Positions 49,048 to 62,792 of a DNA stretch of 64,000 bases are shown here, in pieces (within the stretch, counting starts at the first letter, position 1; every line of letters starts with the position of its first letter). Position numbers and translations under genes: made by a program. Origin of the DNA: Octopus sinensis (Eukaryota); assembly GCF_006345805.1 (NCBI RefSeq), contig NC_043012.1:744001-808000 (forward strand), in the 5' to 3' direction. The notes beneath the pieces are model-generated. The model was given only the letters and a program-made list of their open reading frames with translations, ran no database searches and had not been told where the DNA came from.

Positions 49048-49111
<64 letters not shown>

Positions 49112-49189
49112 GTATATATATATATAACATACAACACTTTGGTGCCTCATTTATGCTGAAGCCACATAAAAGTATCTATTTTGGTGCTA

Positions 49190-49416
49190 CATATAATGCA
49201 ACCAGCATGCAGTGGAAAGTGGTTGGCATTAAGAAGGGCATCCAGCAATAGAAACTATACCAAAACAGACTCTTGGAGGCCTCTGCAGCTTCCTGGTTTG
49301 ATGGCGCTTATCAAACTGACCAAACCCTCCCAGCATGGAAAATGGACATTGAATGATGATCATAATGATAATACACACACACGCACTCACACATACATGT
49401 GTATGTATATATATAT

Positions 49417-49455
<39 letters not shown>

Positions 49456-49590
49456 GTTTAACGTCCATTTTCCGCGTTAGCACAGGTTGGAAGGTTCGAC
49501 CGGGGTCAGGGAAGCCAGGGGCTGCACCAGGCTCCAGTCTGATCTGGCAGAGTTTCTTCAGCTGGATGCCCTTCCTAACGCCAACCACTC
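49190..49590. mobile_element. Two family C ends arranged tail-to-tail
   Basis: Plus copy 49190-49365 and minus copy 49418-49590. Confidence 0.8.
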
Positions 49591-50239
49591 CATATATATA
49601 TATGTGTGTGTGAGTGTGTGTGTGTGTCTGCATGTGTATATATTTGTGTGTGGGTGTGTGTATATATATATATATATATACATATACATACATTCATACA
49701 TACATGTCATCATGCATATATATATTATAATATATATATATACACATATTATATACATGTGCATGTATATATATATATATATATATATGTCTATATGTCT
49801 CTCTCCCCTCTCTTTCTGATACACCACACACATACATGTGTATATATATATCTATATATATATATATATATGTATATATTATATATATATATATATAATA
49901 TATATAGTATATATGTATATATGTATATAGTATATATGTATGTGTATGTATGTATGTATGTATGTATGTACGCATTATACATACATACATACATACATAT
50001 ATACATACATACATGCATGCATACATACACACATATCCTTGTATGTAGTTACAGCAGAGAACGTAATATTTGCCTGACATGTTTAATGATGGATGAAGCT
50101 CTTTCACCTTTGCCATCAGACATTTATGAATTATTTATGCTGATCTATTTAAGAAATTCCAAATTCCACACACCCAATACTCACACATAAACAGTTCTAT
50201 ACTTCTATTTATATATCTCTACACACATATATGCATACA

Positions 50240-50282
<43 letters not shown>

Positions 50283-50434
50283 ACATACATGTATATATGT
50301 ATATTTATGCATACACACACAGATATATATTTATATAAGTAAGTGACTTGAACATAGTCACTAACAATATGCTGTATTAAAACCAAGTAAAAACATGTAT
50401 TTAACAAGATACCCTTATAACATCACCTGACAAG

Positions 50435-50523
50435 ATGCATTTGCACTGAGGGATGCACCACAACCAGTTACACAATATTTTGCCCGTGAGGGATTGGTGC
50501 AAGGATGGGCTGAAGCGATCGTT
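50435..50523 (+). CDS. Candidate 89-nt coding exon, product unidentified
   Basis: Unique CpG-retaining island between (TA)n blocks; frame DAFALRDAPQPVTQYFAREGLVQGWAEAIV followed by GTGAGC; acceptor GACAAG is weak. Confidence 0.3.
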
Positions 50524-50583
50524 GTGAGCAATAAAGTTTCTCGTATATTCCATTTCCCATCTCTATCATTCGTAATATATATA

Positions 50584-50649
<66 letters not shown>

Positions 50650-50782
50650 TATATATATATTTATACATGTATATATATATGTAGATTTAGATATAGATAT
50701 AAATATAGATAGATAGATAGATAGATAGACAGATGGGTAGATAGGCAGATAGATAGACAAGAAGAACAGACAGACAGATATA

Positions 50783-50842
<60 letters not shown>

Positions 50843-51174
50843 TAAACATAAAGAGATAGATAGATAAAGAGAAAGAGATAGATAGACAGAGAGACAAACA
50901 GATAGATAGACAGATAGAGAAGACCAGATAAGTAGATAGATTGACAAGCAGACAGACAAATAGATATACATACTTCACTTTTGTATTTGTTTTGCAAGAT
51001 TCTTGATGTCAATTTTTGCGTTAAAACAAAATCTTGTTTTGTCTTGGGAGGGTCATTGCACCAATAGTAATTACACACATGCATGGGTTCAGTTCCACTT
51101 CTTTATTGTTAATCAGTTTTGTTAAATATCTAACTAACTAATCAATCATTTGTTTAATGTGCTGGTTAAACAAG

Positions 51175-51325
51175 TAATTGGCATTAGGAAGGGCATCCAG
51201 CTGTAGAAACACTGCCAGATCTGACTGGCCTGGTGCAGCCTTTGAGCTTACCAGACCCCAGTTGAACCGTCCAACCCATGCTAGCATGGAAAGCAGACGT
51301 TAAACGATGATGGTGATGATGATGA
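51175..51325 (+). mobile_element. Family C RTE 3' end
   Basis: TTGGCATTAGGAAGGGCATCCAGCTG...GGAAAGCAGACGTTAAACGATGATG. Confidence 0.85.
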
Positions 51326-51787
51326 AAGAGTTAACTTTGTATCAATTATCACTTTCTGCTTTGCTTAAGAACAACAATAGCAACCAAAAAAATAACAAAA
51401 AGATGCCAATGTAAGTATGTGCCGTTTTAACCATCATCTAGCACCCCCGTCTTGCACTGAAAAGCCGAATCTAATTTAACAAACAAACAAACAAAGAAGC
51501 AAACAAAACAAAGAACATCAACAAACCAAAACCAACTGTTGGAGAATGGTGTGTGAAGGAAATAGTAATGAGAGACAAAGAAAATGGATCATAGCAGCTC
51601 TGAAGAATAATAGCTGGCCATGCATCATATTTCTTACACGAAACAAACTGGCAGGGAAAGAACCAGGAGAGAATGGTAATTAATTTGGCTCGTCAGAGAT
51701 TTTGACAGAAAATGTCATTTTTTACTTGACAGATGCAGACAGGCAAATGTAACATCACATCGATATTGCCGCTGCTGCTGATGATGA

Positions 51788-51818
<31 letters not shown>

Positions 51819-51864
51819 TAATAATGATAGGTGTAGTGGTAGCAGTGGTGGTGGTGGTGGTGGT

Positions 51865-52340
51865 GGTGGTGGTGATTGTGGTGGTGTGGTGCCGATGGTG
51901 GTAGTGATGGTAGTTGTGAAAATGGTGGTGGTGGTGATTGTGGTGGTGGTGGTGGGGTGATTTGTGGTGGTGGTGCCGATGTGTTGTGTGGTTAGTTGGT
52001 TAATGGTGGTGGTGGTGATTGTGGTGGTGTGGTGCCGATAGTGGTTGTGATGGTAGTTATGAAAATGGTGGTGGTGATTGTGGTGGTGTGGTGCCGATGG
52101 TGGTAGTGATGGTAGTTGTGAAAATGGTGGTGGTGGTGGTGGTGGTGGTGGTGTGGTGGTGGTGGTGGTGGTGGTGGTGGTGGTGGTGGTGGTGATTGTG
52201 GTGGTGTGGTGCTGATGGTGGTTGTGATGGTAGTTGTGAAAATGGTGGTAGTGGTGGTGGTGGTAGTGATTGTGGTGGTGTGGTGCTGATGGTGGTTGTG
52301 ATGGTAGTTGTGAAAATGGTGGTGGTGGTGGTGGTGGTGG
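51865..52340. repeat. GGT-rich minisatellite, units about 60-70 bp
   Basis: GTGATTGTGGTGGTGTGGTGC(C/T)GAT...GGTAGTT(G/A)TGAAAATGG recurs 5-6 times. Confidence 0.8.
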
Positions 52341-52468
52341 TGTTGTTGCTGGTAGTTATTGTAGCTTGCTGAGTTGGTGTTGTTCACCCTGTTTATTCCT
52401 ACTATTGTTGTTGTTGTTGCTACTACTGTATGAATTTCTTTGTCTTATTGATATTTTGTAGAGACAGA

Positions 52469-52864
52469 GTGCAGGAGTGGCTGTGTGGTAAGTAGCTTGC
52501 TAACCAACCACATGGTTCCGGGTTCAGTCCCACTGCATGGCACCTTGGGCAAGTGTCTTCTGCTATAGCCCCGGGCCGACCAATGCCTTGTGAGTGGATT
52601 TGGTAGACGGAAACTGAAAGAAGCTTGTCGTATATATGTATATATATATGTATGTGTATGTGTTTGTCCCCCTAGCATTGCTTGACAACCGATGCTGGTG
52701 CGTTTACGTCCCCGTCACTTAGTGGTTCGGCAAAAGAGACCGATAGAATAAGTACTGGGCTTACAAAGAATAAGTCCCGGGATCGATTTGCTCGACTAAA
52801 GGTGGTGCTCCAGCATGGCCGCAGTCAAAATGACTGAAACAAGTAAAAGAGTAAAAGAGTAAAG
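52469..52864 (+). mobile_element. SINE family A, full length
   Basis: Complete head, core and tail. Confidence 0.9.
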
Positions 52865-53071
52865 AGAGTGCAGAAGGACATATAGCAATGACACCTCCTT
52901 TCACTGAAATCTTATGAAATGGTTTAAATATTTTGATGGTGGCTGGTGGGGGTAGGTCCCATAATTTTTAGCTTTCTAGTCAATCAAATGGGTGGAGAGC
53001 TGTAATAGATTGTAAATTATAGAATTGTTGAAAAGTATATCTATTCTAAAGATGTCATTAAACTTAGCGAC

Positions 53072-53315
53072 ATCATCATCATCATTTAGCATCCGCTATC
53101 CATGCTAGCATGGGTTGGACGGTTCAACTAGGGTCTGTGAAGCCAGAAGGCTGCATCAGGCCCAGTCTGATCTGGCAGTGTTTCTACGGCTGGATGCTCT
53201 TCCTAACGCCAACCACTCCGTGAGTGTAGTGGGTGCTTTTTACGTCCCACCCGCACAGGTGCCAGACAGAACTGGTAAACGGCCACGGACAGATGGTGCT
53301 TTTTACGTGTCACCG
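53072..53315 (-). mobile_element. Family C RTE 3' end
   Basis: Common end plus about 2 tandem units. Confidence 0.85.
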
Positions 53316-54464
53316 TAAAATAAGGTACTGGCTAAATTGGCTTATATACCAGTAGACTGATGGTGCCAAGCTCGATATTTGATCCCCTAGAGTGGAAGCT
53401 TGAGCAAAGTGTAAAAATAATTATACTTGTTTTGTCGTGAGATTAAGTGGCTTTCAGACTTTCTGGGAACTAGTTAGAGCAATGCCTGTAGCTAATTTGT
53501 GGAAATTTGTAGTAAAGATGTTTGTTTTGCCAAGAGATAAAGTAGATTTGAGATCTTAATCTCGCATAGATATGGATTTGTGCCAAGTGTAATTTTTCAA
53601 GACCTCAGAGGAGAAAAGTTAGACAACAAAACTGAGTGACCATCATCACCCCACCCCACCACTACCACCACCAAACCACCGTTGCCTCTACCACCACCAC
53701 CACCACTAACACCACCAATATTACCACCATTGCCAACACCAACACCATCATCATCATCATCTTCATCATCATCAACATCAGTCAACAAAAGTCTAACACA
53801 AAACTATTATCATCATCCCCTTCCATCTCCCCTTCATCATCATTATTATCATCATCATCACCATCCTCACCATCATCATCATCATGCACATCATCATCAT
53901 GTCGACATTTAATGTCTATTTCCCATGCTGACCTGAGATAGATGGTTTGACAAGTCCTGACTGAACCCAACAGGACCCAACAGCTCGAAGACTTGCATTG
54001 TGCTCTAATGCCTGCTTTGGTCAAGTTTCTACAGCTGGAGACCCTTCCTAATGCTGACCATCTTACATGTGCACTGGGGGTTTCTTTTTCCAATACCACC
54101 AACACCAGTGAAATCATTGTTCAGCTTCTAAGACCCTGAACCTTCAGGTTTATTCTTAGTTACCTTCCTAGCTAACTTCTTGAGTAATACTGACTCATAT
54201 GGGCCAGTTTCCCATTTCCATGGTATATATATATATATATATATATAAATTCAGGGTGAATACTTGATAATTGTAAGCACCTGTATATACCATTTGGGTC
54301 ATGTCAAACTGTCCAACCCATGCTTGCATGGAAGCAGATGTTAAACAACATCTTTTCATCTTTTCAGGGTCGATAAATTAAGTATTTTGATTAATATTTT
54401 GATTATTTTTATTTTGATTCATATATATAGGTATATATATATATATATATATTCCTCACCTGGA

Positions 54465-54630
54465 TGGGATGCTAGTCTGTTGCAGGATTACTCACTTTTG
54501 CCAGCTAAGTCAACTGGAGCAACATGAAATGAAGTGTTTTGCTCAAGAACACAACGCATTACCCGGTCCAGGAATCGAAACTGCAATCATCAGTCCAACA
54601 CACTAACCACAAAGCCACGCACCTCCACTT
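54465..54630 (-). mobile_element. SINE family D, short copy
   Basis: AAGTGTTTTGCTCAAGAACACAAC...CCGGTCCAGGAATCGAAAC...CACTAACCAC. Confidence 0.7.
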
Positions 54631-54965
54631 TATGTTTGGAGATGAACAATTAAGGTATGAGAGAAGAGGCCAGCACGGAACAGGTTTCTAGCCGTGAAGA
54701 AACTGCCTGGTTTCTCACATTTTAGAAGCAAGTGTGAAGAGTGTTTGCTGTGGCACAATAATTATGCTTGACTCACCGAGAGATGGCGTTATTGTAACCC
54801 CTAATTTGAGTAGGTGATGCACAGCTCATAACTTTCTTTATCCCTTCCATATTAGAGATAACATTGGGTGAAGTGTAAAATGGTAAACATTTATTTGATC
54901 AAAATATAAAATGGTTACATTTCCATACTCTGAATAGACAGGTTCAAGGGAGAGGTTTGGATATA

Positions 54966-55400
54966 AAAGGCAGTGAGCTGGCAGAAACGTTAGCTCACCG
55001 GGTGAAATGCTTAGCGATTTTTTGTCTGTCTTTACGTTCTGAGTTCAAATTCTGCCGAGGTCGACTTTGCTTTGCATCCTTTCAGGGTCGATAAATTAAG
55101 TACCAGTTATGCACCGGGGTCAATATAATCGACTTAATCCCTTTGTCTGTCCTTGTTTGTCCCCTCTATGTTTAGCCCCTTGTGGGCAATAAAGAAATAA
55201 GAAATGTTAGCCCACCAGGTGAAATACTTAGTGGTATTTCGTCTGTCTTTACGTTCTGAGTTCAAATTCCACCGAGGTCGACTTTGCCTTTCATCCTTTC
55301 GGGGTCGATAAATTAAGTACCAGTTGCATACTGGAGTTGACCTAATCAACTAGCCCCCATCTTCCCCAAAATGTCAGGCCTTGAGCTCAGAGTAGAAAAG
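54966..55400 (+). mobile_element. SINE family B dimer
   Basis: Monomer 1 ending GGGCAATAAAGAAATAAG is joined to a head-clipped monomer 2 starting AAATGTTAGC. Confidence 0.85.
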
Positions 55401-56729
55401 GAATATGAGAGTGGGGTGATGTCTAGTGAAATAAAATCATGTTACACACACAAAAAAAAACCTAAACAAACAAAGATGTTTTGAGTTGTTTAAAGTTGAA
55501 TAGGCAAAACCAGAAGCCAAAATCTTTATTTGACCATTTTTGACCCTTTGGAAGCAAATGTTTGGGGCTAAGCCACTGCTGTTAGGTCCCCATTAGTGTT
55601 CTTGAAAACTGGTAGCTACTACAAGAAAGTACAATAAATGAATGTAGTAGATACAAACCATTTTGTAATGTGACAATGAGGGAGCTTTTATGCATTTGTT
55701 CAATATGCTAGAAAGAGCAGCTAAATGTTTGTAAAGCCGCACACAATACTATTTTCTAAGGAAGACAGAAAGAACTTATTACAATAATGTAGTTCTGTGT
55801 TTGTTGTGTCTGAAAAGGGTGGAGTGTTATGCTTGGAAAGGTTTTCAATCATAGTTCTTTTCAATGTCAAAGCTGGCCTGAAAGCTAAAAAGAAAGAAAA
55901 AAACAAAATTAACAATGGTGCTAGTAAAACAAAAGAAATTAACGGAAAGGTAAAAATTAAAAACAAAAAGAACAAACAACAAAAAAAGAAAACAAAAAAA
56001 GGAAATAAAATTTTTTTCTTTTCTCATTTTCAAGAAATCAGCTTCTAAAGATGTCTAAAGATGTTACCATTTTATTGAAGTGGCATCATAAAAACTAATG
56101 AATTATAGCAAAAGAAAGTTCTGGAGATTTTAATCAGACGTTTTGGAAGACATCCAGGAACAAAAATAGAGATAATTTGTGATAATAACAGATGGCTTGA
56201 CTGTTCGTGAGAACGGTTTAGTAAATATGGTGTTTTGATTTGGAATCAGGAACTAAGGAGTGTGATTCCAATGGGATGGTTTAAGAAATGCCCTGTCATT
56301 ATAATGATAGGTCTATGAATAACCGTTGCAAGAAGCATTAGTCAGAGAGAGAGAGAGAGAGAGAGAGGAGGAGAGAGAGAGAGAGAGAAGTGCCATTTTG
56401 AGAATAGATTTGTCTCACATCTATTTATCACAGCAATATATATATACATGCATATATGTATACGTGTATATATAAATGTATATATATATATGTGTGTGCA
56501 TATACATGTATATATATATGTATATATATATATATAAATTTATATATATATATATAAATGTATGCATATATATATATACATATATATATACATATATACA
56601 CACACACATATATATATGTGCACACATGTACATATGCATATATATTTGTGTAGAAAAATATATGCATGTAATAAATAACATATAAATGTATGTGCTTATA
56701 TGCATACACACACACACGTATATACATAT

Positions 56730-56779
<50 letters not shown>

Positions 56780-57328
56780 AGATATAAATGCATATATATA
56801 CATATATATATATATATACACACACATATATATATACATCTATATATATACACACATATATACATATATATATATATATACACACACATTTATGTATGTA
56901 TGTATGTATATAAATGGAGGTGTGTAGGTGGAATGTGTGAATAAATAAATACACACACACACATGTGTATGCATTTATTGCTTATTTTTTAAGGTACAAG
57001 TCCAGTAATTTTAAGGGGAAAGGTGACTTTATTGACTGTAGTATTTGACAGGTACTTTATTTTAGTGATTGCTGCCCCTGGAGAGGAAACCAGCAAAATT
57101 AACTTTGGCATGATTTGAACATGAAGAACCAGAAATTTATAAATGTCAATAAAAGTACTACACAATAATTTATTTTATATTTTTTGGTGAAACTGTGATG
57201 TGAAACAGCACTTACATATATGCATGAAACCTATGGTATTAAACTCCAGATTTCCATTAAAATAATTTGTTATCCACACATTTGGTTTTGAGGACTCATT
57301 CTCCTACATCATTGCAAACACACACACA

Positions 57329-57385
<57 letters not shown>

Positions 57386-57566
57386 CACACACACACATGC
57401 AATTGCCTACACATGCCCACACAAGCACACAAACATATGCACCTATATCATCACCGTCTTTGTCATCATTTAGCATCCACTTTCCTGTGATTGAATGGCT
57501 CAGATGGACTTTGATTTGGTAGATCTTCTTCTATGGCCAGATGACCGTTTGGTCGCCAAATCTCAC

Positions 57567-57606
57567 CTGTCCCCAGGTAAGGTAATATTACCTTACCTGG
57601 GGACAG
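57567..57606. repeat. Perfect 40-bp palindrome
   Basis: CTGTCCCCAGGTAAGGTAAT|ATTACCTTACCTGGGGACAG. Confidence 0.92.
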
Positions 57607-57953
57607 AAGACTGGAGACGAATGATGAACAACCTCGCTTATATGATGATGATGATGCTTATTTATAACCATCACATGATATCAAAACAAGGGTTCAGACA
57701 CTGACACACATATGTGTATATATGTATATATATATGAATGTGTTTGTGTATGTATGTATATATGAATGTGTTTGTGTATGTATGTATGCACTAATAATAA
57801 GCACAAGGTAAAATTACTACCTGTTTTTATAGTAAGTTTGATGCAGGTAGTTTATCCCATCTCCAACTTTTAGTTCATGCAAATGAAAACACAGCATTGT
57901 TTATGAGATGACACAACATACATATATATAAATGTATATATATATATATATAA

Positions 57954-58019
<66 letters not shown>

Positions 58020-58136
58020 GTATATATATATATCTATCTATATTTGAATATATATATATATATATGTAGGTCCCGGGTTGAGTCGGGGTTAACCACAGTA
58101 AATAAGGTACTCAATACATAGCAGAGTAAATTAATT

Positions 58137-58268
58137 TATTTTATAGAAGGAGCTTCTACAGGACTAGAACTGTTTCATTCAAATGAAATCATCAGGAAGC
58201 CTTGGCTTCCTGATGATTTCATTTGAATGAAACAGTTCTAGTCCTGTAGAAGCTCCTTCTATAAAATA
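58137..58268. repeat. Perfect inverted repeat, 65-bp arms, 2-nt loop
   Basis: 58137-58201 is the exact reverse complement of 58204-58268; loop TT. Confidence 0.95.
58204..58254 (+). ncRNA. Type I hammerhead motif (mirrored on minus strand at 58151-58201)
   Basis: Stem I GGCTTC/GAAGCT; CTGATGA 58210-16; weak stem II (U.U closing pair, TTCA/TGAA); GAAA 58229-32; stem III ACAG/CTGT; GUA triplet, predicted cut after 58248. Confidence 0.7.
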
Positions 58269-58968
58269 TATATATATATATACATACATACATACATACA
58301 TACATACATGCATGCATGCATGCATACATACATATGTGTGTGTGTATATATATATATATATCATGCTTGCAAGGGTAACAGACATTGTCTACCAAATCTT
58401 CTAACAAGGCTTTGGTTGGCTTAAGGTCGTAGCAAAAATCTGAATCCAAGATAAGGATAAGGAAGCAAGCTTCTTCACCACATAGTTCCATACATACATA
58501 CATACATACATTCATATATCATCGTCATTATGATGATGATGATGATGATGGCAATGATGCTGCTGATGATCATCATCATCATTTAATGTGTGTCTTTCGC
58601 CATGACTTGAGTTGGAGGGAATATCATTGACAGGATGTGATGACAAGTAAGAAGATTGCATTGTCCTCCCTCCAATGTCTGCTTCAACATGGTTTCTATA
58701 ATTGGTTTCCTTATGCCAAATGCCAACCATTTTCCAGAGTGTACTGGGTGCTTTTCTGTGGCACCACCACTTGAGAAGTTACCCTGTCACTTGCGAGACC
58801 AAAAAGTTTCAAGTTTCCTTCACTGAGTGGAAATATAGTAGAGAGGTTGACATCATTATGTGAGGCATTGGTCCTCAACCAATTTTTTAATCTATGGACC
58901 CCTTTGATTATTATTTCCTTCTGGTGGACCCCCATAGCCATTCAATGTTTAAAAATTAGTCTTATAGG

Positions 58969-59370
58969 TACTTCTACTCTTCTACTCTATTACTTGTTTC
59001 AGTCATTTAACTGCTGCCATGCTGGAGCACCACCATTAATCGAGCAAATCAACCCCAGGACATATTCTTTGTAAGCCTAGTACTTATTCTATCAGTCTCT
59101 TTTGCTGAACTGCTAAGCTACAAGGACATAAACACACCAGCATCGGTTGTTAAGCAATGTTGGGGGGACAAACACAGACACACAAACATAGAGACACACA
59201 TATATACGATGGGCTTCTTTCAGTTTCCGTCTACCAAATCCATTCACAAGGCTTTGGTCAGCCCGAGGCTATAGTAAAAGACACTTGCCCAAAGTGCCAT
59301 GCAGTGGGACTGAACCTGGAACCATGTGGTTGGTAAGCAAGCTACTTACAACACAGCCACTGCTGCGCCT
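58969..59370 (-). mobile_element. SINE family A, full length
   Basis: Reverse-complement complete copy. Confidence 0.88.
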
Positions 59371-60379
59371 AAATTCCTTTCAAAAGTCCTATTTTGTTTT
59401 ACACACATTCTCTTGTGCAGATTGAACTGTGTAAAATGTCAGAGAAAAAAAGGATCTTGCAATAAGTACATCTAAAGGAAAATGTCTTCATTGAGCCTTA
59501 AAATAATACTGTGGACCCAGTTTCCTAGTTTGCGTATGTGGGCTCCACAAAAATCTTATATGGTCTCTTGTTGAGAACTGCTGATGCTAGGGGTTGATGT
59601 GTCGAGAGATTAATGCATGATATGATTGGGAGACAAGAACAGGTTTGTGGTGGTAGAGGAGGTATTTGGTTATCCTATATTATATACAGGTGAGTGAAAG
59701 TAATTAGGGTTAAGGTGAAAAGAGAGATACAGAAGCTGGTGACCAGGTATCAGAGTATGCTCTTAAGGTAGAAGCTTAGTAGAAGAAAGAGTGGAGTTAG
59801 AAGAACATGAAGGATAGCTGGGAGAAGTTTGCAGGAGTGTGTGGTGAAGAAAGAGAAAGTGAGAGAGGGAGAGAGAGAGAGAGTGGGAGAGTAAGGCTTG
59901 TATAGTGATAGGGGTGGAGAAGTTCAGAGATACATAGAAGGAAATACTGAGTGAGAGTAAACAAAGGTGGTGGTGGTGAGGTTGAAGTGAGAGAGAGAGA
60001 GAGGGGCAGATAACCGGTTGCACAAGATGTATGATTGGTGGAAAATAAAAGTGGAGAAGGATGATATTTAGAATTATGGATGGATGTCAAAAGGGAGTGG
60101 TACCAGAGTGAGGCAGAGATAACTGACAGCATAGAAAAGGGGATGCGATAATCGATAGCATAGAAAGAGGATGAAATAATTGACAGCATAGAAAGGGGAC
60201 AAAATACATAATTCTGCTCTCATTTATTTACAGCAGTTGAAGAATGCAGTAGTTAGAAGAGTGATGGAGGGATGAGCAACAATGAAATGGGAAATTGGTG
60301 ATACTTTGACAGGGAAAAATTGGGTTCAAATATGTCAATATAAATAAGCATGATAGATTTATAAACTCAGTTTTTCAAG

Positions 60380-60530
60380 CACTGTGTATCACTGATACTT
60401 TCAGTCTTTTGTTATCATCTCTGTGAGGCCCAAGATCTTCTGCTCAGTATTCTCAACTTTGTCTCATACCATCCTGGGTCTTTCTCTTCCACAGGTTCCA
60501 TTCACATTAAGTGATTCGGACTACATTATA
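60380..60530 (-). mobile_element. Old RTE ORF C-terminal fragment
   Basis: LNVNGTCGRERPRMV*DKV...ILGLTEMIT, parallel to the LGLTKEMT end at 20151-20231. Confidence 0.5.
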
Positions 60531-60609
60531 CATATAATAAATATTCACACAGTTTTCTACGTAGCACTTTGCCTTAAGTTGTGAGTCTAACTTCTTCTTT
60601 TAAGTAAAA

Positions 60610-60906
60610 CTAGCAGTATCGCCCGGCGTTGCTCAGGTTTGTAAGGGAAATAATTATATAAGCATTTTTAGAGAGTTATAGCCAAAAAATAGCAAAAAAA
60701 TGCATTAAAAATGGAAAAAAATGATGGTAATTTTTTTTTTAAATCGTAGACTCATAGACGCGCGCTAATACCCAGAAGAGCTCGATATGAATCACGACTA
60801 TAAGATACCCGGTTTTGGTTAAACTGCACCGCAAAATGTGGGAGTAGTTAGGAATCTAAATCGTAGGAGACAGACTCTCACACAACTTCAGTTTTATATA
60901 TAAAGA
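60610..60906 (-). mobile_element. Non-autonomous Helitron-like element, shorter copy
   Basis: Minus strand A|TCTTTATATATAAAAC...CCTGAGCAACGCCGGGCGATACTGCTAG|T; homologous to 21830-22199. Confidence 0.78.
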
Positions 60907-61289
60907 TATGCAACATTTATACATACGAATATACATATAGACATGCACAAATAGCCACACACACACACACAACTACACACACATACATACACATAGAATT
61001 CACAATAACAATGAAGTACATGTGAGAAAAATAGTAGAATGGACAAAGCTAACATTCTTAGAAAAATCCTTATGATTTTGTGCTTGTAAAAAGATAGCTT
61101 CGGAGATTTGGGAAGTGCCAAGATTCATACAAAGGAAAATCAGGACAATTTTTGTGACTCACAGAACACAAAAGACATTGGAATAGTCTTATAATGTAAA
61201 TAAAGAAGATGAAAACAAAAGAATCTCATGGAGAATAAAAAACACGCAAAATACAGATTATAAGCAAACACATCATTGAACAAAGTAAC

Positions 61290-61915
61290 ATATGCACACA
61301 CACACACATGAGCACACACACACAAACACACACATGAGCACACACACATATACACACGCACAAACACAGACACCCAAATGCACACATGAACACACATGAC
61401 ACAAACACACCCACAAACATACAAATACACACACGCACACAAAGACAAGCACACACAAAAACACACAGACAAACACACAAACACACACAAAACACACACA
61501 CACACAAAAACACACAAACACAAACACCCAAATGTACACATAAACACACATACAAACACACACAAATCCACACACACACATACAAACATACACACAAACA
61601 CACACACAGACACACACAAACACAAACATACAAATACACACATGCACACACACACACAAAGATATACAAAAACACACAACCATACAAAAACACAAACACA
61701 CACGCAAACACACACACACTCAAATACACAAACACACACGCAAACACACACACACTCAAATACACAAACACACACGCAAACACACACACACTCAAATACA
61801 CAAATACACACGCAAACACACACACACTCAAATACACAAACACACACATACACATACACACACACAGACACACAAACACACACAAACACATACACATACA
61901 CACACACAGACACAC
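61290..61915. repeat. Degenerate (CA)n block with an internal 36-bp tandem unit
   Basis: CACACGCAAACACACACACACTCAAATACACAAA(C/T)A repeated about 4 times near 61700-61840. Confidence 0.9.
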
Positions 61916-61980
61916 ATGTTTAGTATTAACTGTTGTCAAAAGAGAGTACTCAATACAATGGGAGAGATTGATAATATTTC

Positions 61981-62125
61981 ATTTTGGTTGAGTGAGCCTC
62001 TTGCTTCTCTGAGTTTCACCTGTTGGGGCACAGGATGTTCACACAATTTGTGTCACAATTTACCTGAAAATCCTAAGTGCCAACAGGTGAAACAGAGAGT
62101 AACAAGAGGCTGATTTCACCAAAAT
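61981..62125. repeat. Imperfect inverted repeat (about 56-bp arms, 33-nt loop), old MITE-like
   Basis: ATTTTGGT..AGCCTCTTG..CTCT..GTTTCACCTGTTGG..CA.AGGAT pairs with ATCCTAAGTGCCAACAGGTGAAACAGAGAGTAACAAGAGGCTGATTTCACCAAAAT. Confidence 0.7.
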
Positions 62126-62158
62126 AAAATACACATATATATATACACATATATATAT

Positions 62159-62222
<64 letters not shown>

Positions 62223-62226
<4 letters not shown>

Positions 62227-62446
62227 TTTTATTCTTTTACTTGTTTCAGACATTTGACTGTGGCCAAGCTGGAGCACAGCCTTTAGTCAAACAAATCGAT
62301 CCCAGGACTTATTCTTTGTTAATCTAGTATTTATTCTATTGATCTCTTTTGCTGAACTGCTATGTTATGGGATGTGAACACGCCAGTATCAGTTGTCATG
62401 CGATGATGGGGTGACAAACACAGACACACAAATACACACACACACA

Positions 62447-62492
<46 letters not shown>

Positions 62493-62653
62493 GATGAGCT
62501 TGTTTCATTTTCTGTCTAACAGATCCACTCTCAAGATTTTGGTCAACCTGAGGCTATAGAAGAAGATACTTGCACTGGGTACCACACAGTGAGACTCAAC
62601 CCAGAACCATGTGGTTGGGAAGTAAGGTTCTTACCACACACATGCCTGCACCT
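62223..62653 (-). mobile_element. SINE family A, full length
   Basis: Reverse-complement complete copy with internal (CA)n. Confidence 0.85.
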
Positions 62654-62792
62654 ATATATATATATATGTACTAGCTGTTTTTTCTGGTTTCACCCGGGGT
62701 AGTTTGGTTGATGTTGCTGTAAAACCTGTTATCTTCTAAATATTCAAACACTAAAAATAAAGGTTAAAAAAGACAAAATATTTTCTGACTGG

